From the human T2T-CHM13v2.0 reference genome, Homo sapiens, in NCBI RefSeq assembly GCF_009914755.1, contig NC_060947.1: DNA of 64,000 nucleotides; one strand, written 5' to 3'. The translations under genes and the position numbers were made by a program. The notes beneath the pieces were generated by a model. The model had not been told where the DNA came from. It saw only the letters and a program-made list of their open reading frames with translations, and did no database searches. Below, piece by piece: positions 38,314 to 52,132 of this stretch. Within the stretch, counting starts at the first letter, position 1; each line of letters opens with the position of its first letter.

Positions 38314-41064
38314 AGAAGTGTATTTTTAAGCAAAAGAAGAGGCAGTTCTTGAGTTGTTTAACAAGAATTTACATTAAAATAATATAAGCTATTGATTGGC
38401 TATATATTGCTTCTTTGTATCACAAACTCCAGGAACATAAAGATAATAGATAAGGCAGCTAATCAGGAAAAAATTAGTATAAAAAAGTGCCCTCAGGAAT
38501 GCAAGCACGGGCTGGGGCATAGCTGAAGTCCCATGTTCATATATCTCTGGGCCTGTAAACCTCGTATAGCTCAGACTGCTCTGAGTGATTTTTCTTTTCT
38601 CATCTATATCCCCTTTACCTTCTCCTCTATGAAGTAGATATATAAGGTCTTAAATATCACTGATTTAATGGGTATTTACTTTTCTTTCCTGTGATGCCCC
38701 ATGCACATAACAAATTTGTATACTTTTTTCTCCTGTTAATCTACCTGTTGTCAGTTTATTTCCTAGGCTCATTTACCAAACCCTCAGAGGGTAGAGGGAA
38801 AGTCTTTTCTCTTCTACATAATTAAATTGACCCAACTGGGGCTACTCTAAATAAGCTCATCATCAGCCAAACTCCAGAGCCTAGCCAAAAGATCAGAGCT
38901 GCCTAACCAATATGAAATTGACTATAGATGCATGAGTAAGCCCAACTAAGACCAGAAAAATTGCCCCACCAACCCGAGGTTTCATGAGTTGAGAAATTCT
39001 TATTGTTTCAAGCCATTGAACTGTAGAATACTGCATTCACAGCATTTTTAGCAAAAGATAACTGACGCACAAGAAAATCATGGTATAGACAAGGAACCAT
39101 ACCAATAAGAATTGTGTACATTTGAAAATTCTCTCAAGTTATTTTTCTGAACACACTTTATTATCTGTATCTTAGCAGGTTTTAATAATAAAATGCCTAA
39201 AATTGGTAGGGGCTCTGAGGGGTGGAGGTAGAGAGAATTAGGTATGAGTGGAAACACCTCTAAAGAGAAGAGGAAACTTGTGGTTAAAGGAATGTGTGGA
39301 ATCTAGGACAAGAAAGAAGAATGTAGTCAGTGGGACTGAGCATGAAAAGTTGTCTTGAGAAAATAACAGTTAAAGAATCTGTAGTAGAACCTGATTTTTC
39401 ACTTTGCTTTTTAACTATGCACTGATTCCTACTCGAAGTGATGCACTCAACCATTACTATATTCCACAGGTGTTAGTGTGATCCCAGATTGAGACCCTTA
39501 GTTGAGTCTTCAGTCTAAGTCTGCCAAGCCAATTCTTAGAGGAAGATCTTTAAGCATGTTCCCTTGCTGTAGTCTAGCGTATGAAAGACAGGGCTACTCT
39601 TCTTGGAAACAATAGCTGTGTGGGGATCTAGGTTGTTTCAGCCTGTTCTAAATCCCAACCCTTGAATTTAGAATGTCATGAAAGTGCTTTGGGCTGTAGC
39701 CTTTTTAGAAAACTGGATTCTGATTCCTTACTTTTATTATAGTTCCTTATTATTTTAAGACAAATAATAAAGTATTTAGAAGACACTATGTGTGTGTAAT
39801 ATTGGTGCATTATTCAATGGAAGAATCAATTAAAAATTATCAAGAGAATAATAGACCTGATTAAGTAGAAACAAAAAGCATTTGCATTACAAAATGAAAT
39901 AAATCAAAATTAAAAGCAAATAATGAATAAAATATTTACAATGTATATGACAGACATGGATTTGATATATATGAAACTTATCTAAAATAATGAGAAGTAA
40001 CAAATTACTACAGTAGAAAAAGAAGTAAAACACATAAACTGCCATTTTACATAATAATAAATACTGTGGTCAGTAGGTATATAAGATATTCAAACTCACT
40101 AGTAATAAAGAATGCAAATTAAGACTTTTGCTTCTGGCCAAGATGTAGTAACAGGGACTGAATTTACCTTCATACCTGAAACAACTAAATAAAAGGGAAA
40201 TAAATATATAAAATGATGGTTTTTAAGACACTAGATATCAGACAATGAAGGATGCAGATTCCTATGAAAAGGGAAACAAATGAGGTGAACCCTGTGATTG
40301 CACCAGGTTGCTGCCTGAACAGTTTCCTGGCTGAAGCACATATAGGGGCAATCCAGGGGGGTCATGAGAAACTCCCTGAGTCGGGGAGAGAGCTGAGAAT
40401 CCAAAAAGACCAAGATATCTAGAGTTTACAGGACAGAATACCAGAGGAGAGAGATTCACAGAGAGGGAACCCCAGAGATCCAGAGATCTATAGAGAGCCC
40501 TTAAGTACTCAGCAGCATGTTGATCAGAGATCCAATAGTTTGTGATAGGAAAGTACCCAAAGCCAAAAGAAGAAACATTTAGAAGGATTAAAGTATTACA
40601 CAGTACTCACAAAAGGCTGGGAATAGTGCTGTTTTGCACAAGCCAGATGAAAAATAATTGTAATTCATGGGATATTGGATGGACCAGTTAGAAAGTTAAA
40701 AGTTAGAAAGTACAAGTTAGAAAGTACAGGAGAATAATTAGCCCTGCACAGGGCACAGCTCCAGACCTAACAAATTATAAAAGCAAGGCATAAGGCATCA
40801 AGTATTTTCAAGTACTGTAATTATATTCCAGTATAGAAAGCTTAAAAATATTTACAGAAATAGAAAAATATCCAGGACTCAACAAGGTAAAATTCACAAT
40901 GTATGCATTCAATAAAAAATTTCCAACTCTGCAACTCACAATTTATTATAGACCTAAATGTAAAACTTAACCTCTAAAACTTTTAGAAGAAAATATAGGC
41001 AAAAATTGGTGAGACCTTGAGCTTGGTAATGAGTTTTAAGATACAAGACCAAAAGCATGATCTA

Positions 41065-41494
41065 TGTGATGGTTAATGCTGAGTGTCAACTTGATTGGAT
41101 TGAAGGATGCAAAGTATTGATCCTGGGTGAGTCTGTGAGGGTGTTGCCAATGGAGATTAACACTTGAGTCAGTGGGCTGGAAAATGCAGACACACCCTTA
41201 ATCTGAGTGGGCACCATCTAATCAGCTGCCAGCATGGCTAGAATATAAAGCAGGCAGAAAAAAAAAAAAAAAAATGTGAAAAGACTAGACTGGCCTAGCC
41301 TCCCAGCCTACATCTCTCTCCCATGCTGGATGCTTCCTGCCCTTCAGTTCTGGAACTCAGACTGGCTCTCCTTGCTCCTCAGTTTGCAGACGGCCTATTG
41401 TGGGACCTTGTGATCATGTGAGTTAATACTTAATAAACTCCCCTTTATATATATATATCCTATTAGTTCTGTCCCTCTAGAGAACCCTAATACA
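41065..41494 (+). mobile_element. MLT2A solo LTR (HERVL)
   Basis: TGTGATGGTTAATGCTGAGTGTCAACTTGATTGGATTGAAGGATGC...CCCTAATACA, with a perfect 5-bp TSD ATCTA. Confidence 0.93.
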
Positions 41495-41976
41495 ATCTAT
41501 GAAAGAAAAAAATTGGTAAGTTGTACTTTATCAAAATTAAAAACATTTACTCTGCAAAAGACCCTGTTAAGACTATGGGGAACAAAACCAAGCTACAGAC
41601 TGGAAAAAAAAATATTTGCAAATCACATATCTGATGAAGGACTTGTATCCAGAATATATAAATAACTCAATAATAATAATCATACAATCCAGTTAAAAAT
41701 GGCCAAAAGATCTGAACAGATACCTCACCAAAAATGATACATATAGATGGCAAATAAGCGTATAAAGTGATGCTGAATATCACTTGCTACTAGAGAACTG
41801 CAACTTAAAATCACAATGAGATACCATCATACAACTATTCAAATGGCTAAAATAAAACTAGTATCTGACAACAGCAGGTGCTGATGAAGATGCAGAACAA
41901 CTAGAGCTCTCATATTATACATTGCTGGTAGAAGTGGAATATGATACAGACACCTGGAAAATGGTTTCATAGTTTC

Positions 41977-42246
41977 TTTTTTTTTTTTTTGAGACAAAGT
42001 TGCACTCTGTTGCTCAGGCTGTAGTGCAGTGGCATGATCTCGGCTCACTGCAACCTCTGCCTCCCAGGTTCAAGGATTCTCCTGCCTCAGCCTCCCGAGT
42101 AGCTGGGACTACAGGCGTGCACCACCATGCCTGCCTAATTTTTGTATTTTTAGTAGTAGAGATGGGGGTTTCACCATATTGGTTAGGCTGGTCTTGAACT
42201 CCTGACCTTGTGCTGGGATTATGGGCATGAGCCACCATGCCCGGCC
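41977..42246 (-). mobile_element. Alu (AluS-like) with an internal deletion in the left arm
   Basis: 'cctgacct|tgtgctgggatt' lacks ~30 nt of consensus. Confidence 0.93.
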
Positions 42247-42843
42247 TAGTAGTAAACATGTATTTTTCATATGACCCAGTAGTCTCACTATAGGTTTTTA
42301 CCTTAGAGAAATAAACATTTATAGTTACGTAAAATCCTGTTCATGAATCTCTATAGCAGTTTGAATCATAATTGCCCTAAACGAGAAATAACTCAAATAT
42401 GCATCCACAGCTTAGTAGATAAACAAACTGGTATATTCATATAATGGAATACTACTCAGCTATAAAATGTAACAAACTATTGATACATGCCATTACATGT
42501 ATAAATCTCAAAGTCACCATCTATGTGAAAAAAAGCCTCAAAAGATTGTATACAGTATAATTTCAATTATATGGCATTTGAAAAAGTCAAAATTGTAGGA
42601 ACAGAGAATAGATCAGTGATTTCCAGTGATTAAGGGTGAAGGGAGTTTGTGACTACAAAGGGTCAGTATGAGGGAGTATTTTGGGGATGATGAAGCAGTT
42701 CTGTATCATTATTCTGGTGGTAGTTTTATATGAATCTACACATGTGTTAAAACTCATAGAATTGTATACACACATACACAACAACAAAATACTACTATAC
42801 ACCCATCAAGATGGTTAAAATGCAAAAAATTGACAATATCAAA

Positions 42844-43106
42844 TATTGGCAAGGATATGTAGTAATTGCATTTCTCATATATTTCTGGTGGGGTACATAT
42901 TTGTAAAATTATTGTAAAACTATTTAGTATCATTTACTAGATTTGAACATATGCATGTCCTATTACCCAGCACTTTTATTGGCAAGGATGTGTAGTAATT
43001 TCATTTCTCATATATTTCTGGTGGGGCACATATTTGTAAAATTATTGTAAAACTATTTAGCATCATTTATTATATTTGAACATATGTATGTCTTATTACC
43101 CAGCAC
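42844..43106 (+). repeat. Tandem duplication, 2 x ~130 bp (period 133)
   Basis: 42844-42973 vs 42977-43106, 8 mismatches. Confidence 0.95.
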
Positions 43107-43386
43107 AGTTCTGGAGTCTAGAAAGTCCAAAATCAAGGAACTGGAAGATTCTGTGTCTCGTGAGGGTCATTTCTCACAAACAGTGCCTTCTCACTGCATA
43201 CTCACATGGTGGAAGGGGCTAACTAGCTCTCTGCCTTCTCTTTTATAAGGACACAGTTCTATTTATGTGCACTACACTCTTAAGACATAATCACCTCCCA
43301 AAGGCCACACATTCTAATCCCATCACCTTGAGGGTTAGGATTTTTACATTTGAATTGTGAGGGACACAAACATTCAGACCATAGTA
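43104..43386 (-). mobile_element. MLT1A-like LTR lacking its 3' ~70 bp
   Basis: Homologous to 16318-16612. Confidence 0.85.
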
Positions 43387-43486
43387 AATACTGTATATAA
43401 CAAAGAGAATTAATAAATGACTGCTATATCTGACAGCATAAATGAATCTCAGAAACATAATATTAAGCAAAAAAGCAGACACACAC

Positions 43487-43830
43487 TGCTAATGCTTTGC
43501 ATGATTTTCCCTTCAAAATTCATGTTGAAATGTAATTGCCATTGTAATCATATTAAGAGGTGGGGCTTTTGAGAGGTGATTAGGACATGAGGGCTCTGCC
43601 TTCATAGGTGGGATTAATGCCATCATAAAAGGGCAAGTTCAATCCCCTTTTACCTCTTTGCCCTTCTGCTTTCTGCCATGTGATAATGTAGCAAGAAGGC
43701 CCTTGCCAGATGCCAGCAACTTGACTTTGGACTTCCCAGCCTCCAGGACTGTGAGAAAATAAATTTTTGTTTATTATAAATTGCCCAGTCTGAAGTATTC
43801 TATTATAACAGCACAAAATGACTGAGACAC
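43487..43830 (+). mobile_element. MST (C/D-like) solo LTR
   Basis: 'aaaattcatgttgaaatgtaattgcc...ttggacttcccagcctccaggactgtgagaaaataaatt...gactgagaca'. Confidence 0.85.
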
Positions 43831-43847
43831 AAACATATGCTCCTACT

Positions 43848-44479
43848 ATTGTGGCTCAGGATATAATACCCCAAATTATTCCACTTTTTCATGCTGAATT
43901 ATTTGAACTAAAGATCAGAAGAGCCTCAGAAGCAAGAAGTTCTCTTACTTTCTCCTGCTCTTCTTTCTTCATCCACCATTTATCCCCCAAAGAAGATCAT
44001 AGAAACTAGAATTTTTCTTCTCCAAGGTGGTTCATAGAAACTAGCTTCCCTAAAGCAAGCTATAAAACCTAGAGAGGTCACTCTCTGAACTACCTCTTCT
44101 GAAAGTAGACTATAAGACCCTCATTCCAGAAACGTCCTGCTTCAGAGTTGGGGGAAAGAATACTACACAGAGAGATCAAGAAGAATCTGAACAAACAGGC
44201 CTTGATAAGTTCCCCCCAGTTTATTACCATTAGATCATTTCTTTTTTGTCTACTCACATTTCTACATGGCTATCAATTCTTCATCAAACCTAAGCATAAA
44301 AACATTTAGTTTTCCCTGGGTCTTCAGATCTTCATTTGTGAAGGCTCTTGTATCTTGTAAAACTTTGTTCAATAAATTTGTTATGCTTTTCTCTTGCTAA
44401 GCTGTCTTTTTTTCAGAGAAGTCAGCTGTGGACCTTGAAATGGGTGAAGAAAAGTTACTGTACCTTTTTGTTCCTATAC
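43848..44479 (+). mobile_element. ERV1 solo LTR (MER31-like)
   Basis: 'ggctcaggatataataccccaaa...gcctcagaagcaag'. AATAAA at ~44371 followed by the MER4-group U5 motif. Confidence 0.7.
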
Positions 44480-44788
44480 AACTGCACGATTTCATATATA
44501 GAAAGCTCATAAAAGAGGAATTCTAATATATTATAGATCAAGTTAGTGATTATCTTTGGAGAGAAAACAGAGTTTTTAGAGCTGCAGGCTGTGATGTAAT
44601 GATACAGGATCATTCTTATGGTATTGGTAATATCCTGTTTCTTTTTCTGTCTGATTATGACCGTTAAGACAAAAAGTAAGCAAAGTAGATTGTCATATCT
44701 AAAGGTGCAACTGATTATCTATTTAATTTTTGGCCATTTGTTCTTCTATTAAAGCCAATAAGCTGGAGCCATTTTTGTTTATTGGTAT

Positions 44789-45380
44789 TGTAGGGGAAGA
44801 AAAATATCTTTTCCTACTACACATTGTAGGACTATTGGCTGAGACCCCTGTAACAAAAGACAGATTAACAAGAGAAAGACAAACAAAAGTTTATTAACAT
44901 GTATACCTTATGTATATGTGGGAGATATCCAGAAAATATGTGTAAGCCTCCAAAGAAATGGCTTTTAATTCAGGCTTAAATGCCATTTTCTGCTGAAACA
45001 AAGAAAGAAGAGTGTATGTGTGTCTTAGGGGGATCATATATGGGGAGGTGACCAGAAACACATAGTAAACAAGGGTAAGGTTTGTCATGCAGATTTAAGT
45101 CGGTGTCTTCTCCATTGATAAGAGTCTCTTGTGATTTATTTATCCTACTTTTCCTGGTACAGAGGGGGAGACATCCTTATAAATGGAAGTTTCCTTTATA
45201 AACATACATTTCTCTTACAAAAGAATAATTTCTTGTCTATTTTCAGAGCTTCTTATGTGTCAGTTATTTCTCAAAATAATAAACTCAAAATAATGTTTAT
45301 GCCAAAGCAGCATAATTTGGAGTAGCACATTCTGGTCTCCTACTGTCATGTTTTGGGGTGGCATATTCTGGTTCCCTATA
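44789..45380 (-). mobile_element. ERV1 solo LTR (MER34-group)
   Basis: Minus-strand start 'tatagggaaccagaatatgccaccccaaaac'. U5 motif 'aaaagacagattaacaagagaaa' on +. Confidence 0.7.
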
Positions 45381-45519
45381 GTACCAATAAAATGTAAACT
45401 TAAACACTGCCTAGAAATACCAGTAATAAATATAGAACATGCAAAACTGCCTTCACCAGAGTAGTAGGACTTCCAGGTTTATGAAATCTTCACCCACTTC
45501 TGGGCATTCTACGTGCCCA

Positions 45520-46228
45520 TAGTGGGTGGATGGGCCAAGGGAAAGCTTCCTGTCTGTCCTCTGAATTTTTGCTGAATATGGACTGACAATAGACCTATTA
45601 ATAGCATAAAAAGTCATACAAAATTTATTTTAACATGTATAGCATGGGGGAATCACAGAAGAATGTTTAACCAATAACCCAATGAGGTCCAGATGCTTAC
45701 ATACCCTTCTTCATAGAAGAATGGGAGATAGAGCAGTAGAAGTGAATTATTTTCTGGGAAAATGAATGAGCCCAAGGAACAGTGGCCTGGGACAAAGTTC
45801 TGAGCTCTGCAGGAGGTAATGGGAAGGTGCAGGGAGGGGTGTGGAACTTTACTTTGAATGAAGGTTGTCTTATGTAGATAAAGCCTCCCAGGTAATCTCT
45901 CAGTATTTCCCTCAGAAGAATAGATTGAAAGTCTGTCTAGGCATGGTGACAACTTCCATTCTCTTCTCCTCTTTAATGGTTAATCTTTCATGATTATTTA
46001 ATGAGACTCCTAGGAAGGGGGAAAGACAATTGCATTTCTTTTGGAAAGAAATTTTCCTAGTCAGATAAGGAGATTCCAGCAAGAGTACCTAGTGGTGCCT
46101 TGGAAAAATAAGAAGGTCAGAGAGACATGGAGGCAGGGGGAGATCAGAGAGAAAACTTGAGGTTTCTCTTCTTTAGTTCAGCATGTCAAAGCACCATATT
46201 TTGGATTATTGTCTTCTGAGCCCCAACA
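45520..46228 (-). mobile_element. ERV1 solo LTR (MER34/MER39 group)
   Basis: Minus-strand start TGTTGGGGCTCAGAAGACAATAATCCAAAATATGGTGCTTTGACATGCTGAAC. Confidence 0.75.
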
Positions 46229-47339
46229 TGAGTATGTATTCTTCATGGAAAGAGCCCTCCAGGAATTACTTGCATGAGTGTTTAAGTTGGGCCAATTGGC
46301 ATGAATAATTTAGAAAGAGGGACTAAGGAACTGTATTGAAATTTTCTTCCATTATTGACCTGGACTGGTGTTGAGAAAAAAAAAAAACTTATAAGTAGAA
46401 GCTAAAGGGGATATTTTCTTGAGCATCACCCATTTTATTTCCATTCCAATGTCCCAAAGCATTTGGTTTAGTAATTTCAAGACCTCCATAACTTTGGGGT
46501 AGTATTTTAAGCCTTTCAGTGTGCATTGAACATAGTAAAAGTCCAGTGAATCTGAATTTATTTCATGGAAGAAAAAAATAAGAAGGATGAAAGGAAGAAA
46601 GTGAGGGACAAACATTTTTCATAAGAGTCCTAGAACAAGCATAGATGAAATGGTGGCAAAGCACTATTTGAAATAAAAATACTTAGAAGTTACTAGGACT
46701 GAAGAAAGACATGGGTCTTATCAAAAAGCATTCAAAGTACCAAACAAGATTAATAAAAATAATTTTTCTGGAAACATGTTAGTGAAATGACAGAAATCAA
46801 GGATAAAGATGATAACCTTAAGAGAGTAAAGGCAGGACAATTTTTCTGTATAAATGGAATGTACTTTTGCCTGGATGATATTTTAAATCTATGCTTTTAA
46901 TGTCTCTTCTGCTTTAAGCACATAAGAGTGATGGAAATATATTAAAAAGAGAACATAAGAAGCTACAACTGGGCTTATAGGCAAGATAAGCATTGCAAAA
47001 AATAATAATAAGATGTGAAATAGAAACCAGAATTGGGAACAGGGCTGAAGTCACAAGCTGGCTGGACATTAAGGCTGAAAACAGAGATGACCAGGTTTAA
47101 AATCTTCATGTAAGTAGGCAGCCAGAATCAAGGCCCATCCCTGAGATTATCCCTTCTGAAAAGAGGTTGAAAATTGCCTCTGCCAGTTTCTAACTAGGGC
47201 ATCAGCTCATGAAACACAGAAGACCCAGGACATTATAGGACATAGAGTTGCCAGATATCCCTGTAACTGAATTAGCCACACTCAGAATAGCACCATGATA
47301 CAAGTACTGCCAATTGCCAAATTTGACCTAGATGGGGAA

Positions 47340-49356
47340 ACTAGGCAACTTGAGTGCAGCAATAAGAGGAGAGAGACAGCAAGAGGGAAAGAAACAAGTG
47401 AAGAGCTTCACTAGGCCTACATTGCTTGGGTGAGCTGTGGCCATCATCCCCATTGCTGTTAATGAGCCAAACTATGTGAGTACTCCTCCTAACATCAGCC
47501 CTGGCCCACAGAGGATAGCCACCACGGAACTCCTTAGTAGTGTTGGTGCTCTTCCCAACAGTGCACACCTGATGGCTTTGGTCAATATTGTGTCCTCTGG
47601 GCCTTTTCAGGGAATATAAACCTCTGGTAAGTCTTCTGGCTTCACATAACATACATATTCCAGCATGGCCATTTCTCTGACTTTTTAACTTTATTCTTCC
47701 ATTCTTTGCTAGGAAATCTCAGGCATCTCTACTTTGTTCCACATAGGCTATAACTTGGACTCTTAAGAGTCATACTAGTAGAAACTTTGTTTCATCCCCT
47801 GAGAGTTCTTGCCTGGGTATTATTTTCTTTGTCCTAAAAGAATGGGCCCAAGTCAGTGAACTCTTGCTTATCCTATATTATATTCTGGCCCACTTGATCA
47901 AGCACCCTCAAAATCTAATTCCATGTACACCCCCTTGGTTCCTGCCAGTAAATACTAGCCAATTCTTGCAGTTCCTATTGGGTGCAGTCATTTTCTTTCC
48001 TTGTTACACGCAGCATGACCCCAGCCAGTGTATATTAGAATTTAGCCTTAGTTATCAATCTGGTACACAAAGGAGGAGATGGGAGAAGCTTCTGAGGGGA
48101 GCACCTTTTGCCCCACATGAGAGAGGCCCCTGTAGTGCTTTTCACACAGGGGAATTGTTGTCTTTTAACCTATTTATGCCTAGTGTTCCATTATTGGATG
48201 CTAAGCATGTGGGAGTTATTTATATCCTACTGCTCAAGGTCATTGCCAAGGTCTGATTGCAAAAATTCCAAAAATTACCAACTCAGGCATAAATGGGTTA
48301 ATAAGGTGCCTGGGCCACCTATACAGCCTCCTTATGTTTCAGAGAAGTCTGTCTAGCCATAATCCTTGGGAATATACACCCAGAAGTCTTCATCTCACAT
48401 GTTAGGGTTCTAGACTTTTCTAACTTTTTCTGTGACCTTCGTGTAATAGACTTACTTTGAGCATTGACTTGTCTTTGAAGCTCCTTAATCCTAACTATCA
48501 GATCTTGAGATTTTTTTCTCAGCTGGTGTATCTGTAAGCTACCAAAAAGGTCCTCATATTTAGTGTTAATCTATTTTTTAAAATGCCTTTATTTTCTCAT
48601 TATTCTTCTGTAGGTTTCCCATGCAACTTAATGATAATTATTCAAGCTCATTATCCTAGTATATTTTGCTCACCTCATACCTTTCCAATATTTGTGACAT
48701 CCCATTGATCAGAGTGTTTCATTTCATCAGAATGCTATTTGCAGTCATTGCCAATTAACGTTTTAGCAATTTTGCCACTATTTTATGCCCAGGATTATCT
48801 GTAGTACTCCACATACCACTTGAGATGGGGTTCTCTTTTCTAGCCAAGTAATAAGTTAGTCAATCTCTAAATTTTATCTTAATGCATGCTTTCTTGTACC
48901 ACTTCTGATAATAAGTTGTGTCAGTTGAGGTCCTTTGATAAGTAGATGCTAAGATAGAATTAGAAGTGCAAGAATTTTATTGCAACTAACACCTTTGAAA
49001 GATAAGAGGAAATGAAACAAGTCAACAGGGAAAGCCTTCATGCTGCAATGCATGTCTGACACCTGATAAAGGAGTGGAGCAAGGATATTATGTAGAAAAA
49101 AAGTTCAGTCTGAGGAGCATCTCTGAGAAAATCATGGCCAGTGCAACAAGGCACCTCAGTGTAAAGGCTGTTTCTAGAGGAATTCTACCTTAGGTGGTAA
49201 CGGCTAGGTCCTGGCACTCCTGTTGTGCTTAGTCTGCCACTGGAGCTGCCTGGAGAGAATGTGCCCTTGACTCATACACTGCAGTAAATCTCAAAGGTGC
49301 TGCAACAGGTTTTCACTGAATGGAAATCTGAGGGAATCACTTCTATGGCTGCCACA
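47340..49356 (-). mobile_element. Very old ERVL-class relic: degraded internal region plus LTR16-like 5' LTR (~48917-49356)
   Basis: LTR ends 'tgtgtcagttgaggtcc...ggctgccaca'. The adjacent minus-strand leader 'tatcagaagtggtacaagaaagca' is PBS-like. Confidence 0.5.
48169..48297 (+). mobile_element. MER85 piggyBac-family MITE
   Basis: TTAA on both sides (48165-48168, 48298-48301). 13-bp TIRs CC(T)ATTTATGCCT / AGGCATAAATGGG. The body matches the MER85 consensus. Confidence 0.93.
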
Positions 49357-49359
49357 CGA

Positions 49360-50219
49360 TTTGAAAATGTAACTTAAAAACAATAATGTTCAAAATAACA
49401 AGAAACCTCTAGAAAAAAGTCTAACAAAATATGTGCAAGCAAAGTTATAAAACATAATGAAAGGACATTAAAGAAATACTGATCAAATAGACTATGTTCA
49501 TGAAGAAAACAAATCAATACAATAGCATGTCAATTCTGACCTCTGAATTTAATAACATTACAATCACAACATTCAACAAAACTTTTCTTGAAACTTACCA
49601 TGATAATCCTAAAATCCACATGGATTTTTAAAGGTGATTTTAGTGTCCAAAAATAATCAAGTTAATAAAAGAAATAAAACAAGTGCAGAGACTCACACTA
49701 GCAAATGTTAAGATTTATTCTAAAGATACAATAACTAATAATGGTGAATTATTGTCACAGAGATTGGCAAATAAACTCAACAAACAGAATAAGGAGGCCA
49801 TGAACAAACGCATGCCTATGTGGAAGCTTGGTATATGACAGAGTTGTCATTACAAATCAATGGGAAAACACAGACTGATCTATACGTTTTGCTAGGACAA
49901 CCGGAAATTTAAAAATTCTAGTGAATAAAATTGAGATTTACCCTCCCCCAAACTTCTTTAAAATGTCAGTTAATTTAGACATAATTATAGAACCTAATGG
50001 AAGTAAGATAGCCAGACAGAACCAGAACAGATGCTGCATGAATCAGAAGGGCCTTTTTATTTTCCACTTCCCCTAAATTTACAAAGTGTGAACACCTGCC
50101 AGACACCTCAGAGCAGAAAATGGCTGAATTCTTACTGGGTTCCTGTCCTGTTATATGCGTGCTTATATCAGTAGTCCAGAGGACTTTCATTAGCAATCTA
50201 GTGCTTCTGTTTAGGAAAT

Positions 50220-50293
<74 letters not shown>

Positions 50294-51230
50294 TTGGTCT
50301 GCTTTCATAAAATTATAATCAGCAAGATCTAATCCAATCCCTTGTCTAGTGTGAGGAGGAATAATTATAGTCCAGATCAACACCTTTATCTCTATCTTGC
50401 TATAAACCTGTCTCTCCATAGACCTCCTCCTAACCCTAGTTTAATATCCTTTTACTTCAATGGACTTGGACACTACATATAATCTAAAGGCCATAATTTC
50501 AAATTCTTTCCTCACAGTTATTTATAAAAAATAACAACTAAGTGTGCTGAAAACTTTACAATATAATTAAAAATAAATTCCAAGCGGAATAAAACCCAAA
50601 ATTTGAAAAAACAAACTAAAATTTCAAAATTACTTATGGGAAAATATGCATGTGACTTTGGGTTTGAGATTTATTAAGCTAGAAACAAAACATCTTCATA
50701 AGGCAAAACACTGATACATTTTTACTAAATTAACATTTTTTTTTTTTTTATAAATCAGAATACCATTAGATAAGTGGAAAGATTAGAGATAAGGCACAGC
50801 TTGGGAGAATATATTTGCAATGCATGCAAATAGCAAAGTATTAGCTTCCAGAATGTATAATTATGCCTACAAATCAATAAATAACACAAATAACTCAATA
50901 TCTAAATGAGCAAAGAATGTGAACAAGCAGTTAAGAGGAAACTAAAATTGCCGATACATTTTTAAAAATCCTCTACCTTGCTGGAAGTCAGGAAAATGAG
51001 AATTTAGAAAACAGTGCTACATCATGTCAGAGTTATCTGGTTAGCAAAAAATAATATTTCACAATATTTGTGGATGAAGATGTAAGGAAACGATAATTTT
51101 AGTACACCATCAGTGGGAGCTTAAATTGATAATACTAATTTGGGAAGTAATTTAGCAATGGTTAGAAAAGTTGAAGACGCGTATCCTACAACCCAGTAAT
51201 TTCACTTCTAATTGTTTTCTAGTAAACACT
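49360..51230 (+). mobile_element. Highly degraded L1 (L1ME-like) ORF2/3' fragments
   Basis: A-rich sequence with L1 ORF2-like motifs ('ggtatatgacagagttgtcattacaaatcaatgggaaaa', 'gggagaatatatttgcaatgc'). Confidence 0.6.
50221..50291 (+). repeat. (TC)n(CA)n compound microsatellite
   Basis: Read directly from the sequence. Confidence 0.97.
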
Positions 51231-52132
51231 TATGTCAGGAATTGAATATTTTCATGTTTTTGCACTGTTTGACTTCCTGAGGAGAGAAAATTGACTTGCT
51301 AGAGAAAGCCTCCCTAACCTCAGACCCATTGGCTCCTCAAATTCCTAGGGTATTAGATTGAAGCCATCTGCTCCTTTTCAAAAGACAAAACATCTCCCTT
51401 GTGCCATGAAAATATCTCAGGGGTTATAAACCTGAGGACAGAGATTTTTGTCTTATCTTCCTCTTGAAGACATTTATTTACATTTCAAAGTCTGGAGACC
51501 TTCCCCTTCTTTTGTCCAAGGAGAAATTGTTTATATTAGGGAGATTGCAGTCCCCCTCTGGGGATGGGGTATAATGTCTATATAAGTTCCCAGATTCATA
51601 TTTTTGCGTTCCTCACCTACAGTACAGGACATGGTATCAGTAGGATGACACCTGGCTCTCATCGCATCACCTTAGAATAAGGAAGATTTGTGCCAAAGGG
51701 AAACCAATGAGGTTATTGCTGTAAGTAATCATAATCTACCTTGTTCCAGAAATCTTGAGTTTACTTTTAGGAAAATATGAATACATATAAATATTAAAAA
51801 TGTATTGGTTTGCACATGTGCACAAGGAGAATGCATGGAAATTTTTTCTAACATTGTTTATAAGAAAAATTGTATAAATATAAAATGCCCATTCAGAGGA
51901 GACTTGATAGATTTTCTTAAATTCAGATAATAAATACATACAGCAAGAAAATCAATAGATTTAAGTTCTAAGTATAAATATTAGTAAACCATAAAAATGT
52001 AATACTTATTAAAAAAGAAAATTGTGAAACAATATATACAATATGATAAAATTTATTTCAAATTAAAAAAAGGTCAAATGTCTATCAGCTACTGATAATT
52101 AAACCAATTGTAGTTCACTTATTCCATGGCAT

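Larger units (their letters stand above)
39850..43480 (+). mobile_element. Fragmented ancient L1 (L1M-type) pieces, including a 5'UTR-like block (~40120-40900) and ORF2 end/3'UTR (~40945-42770)
   Basis: 'agacctaaatgtaaaac...aaaacttttagaagaaaatatagg', 'aaatatttgcaaatcacatatctgatgaaggacttgtatccagaatatata' and 'aatggaatactactcagc'. Confidence 0.8.

Noticed and set aside
40686-40728. Short degenerate repeats (AGTTAGAAAGT x3; also ATATCAAGTATT x3 at ~5870-5937)
   Set aside because: Ordinary local slippage within old LINE sequence.
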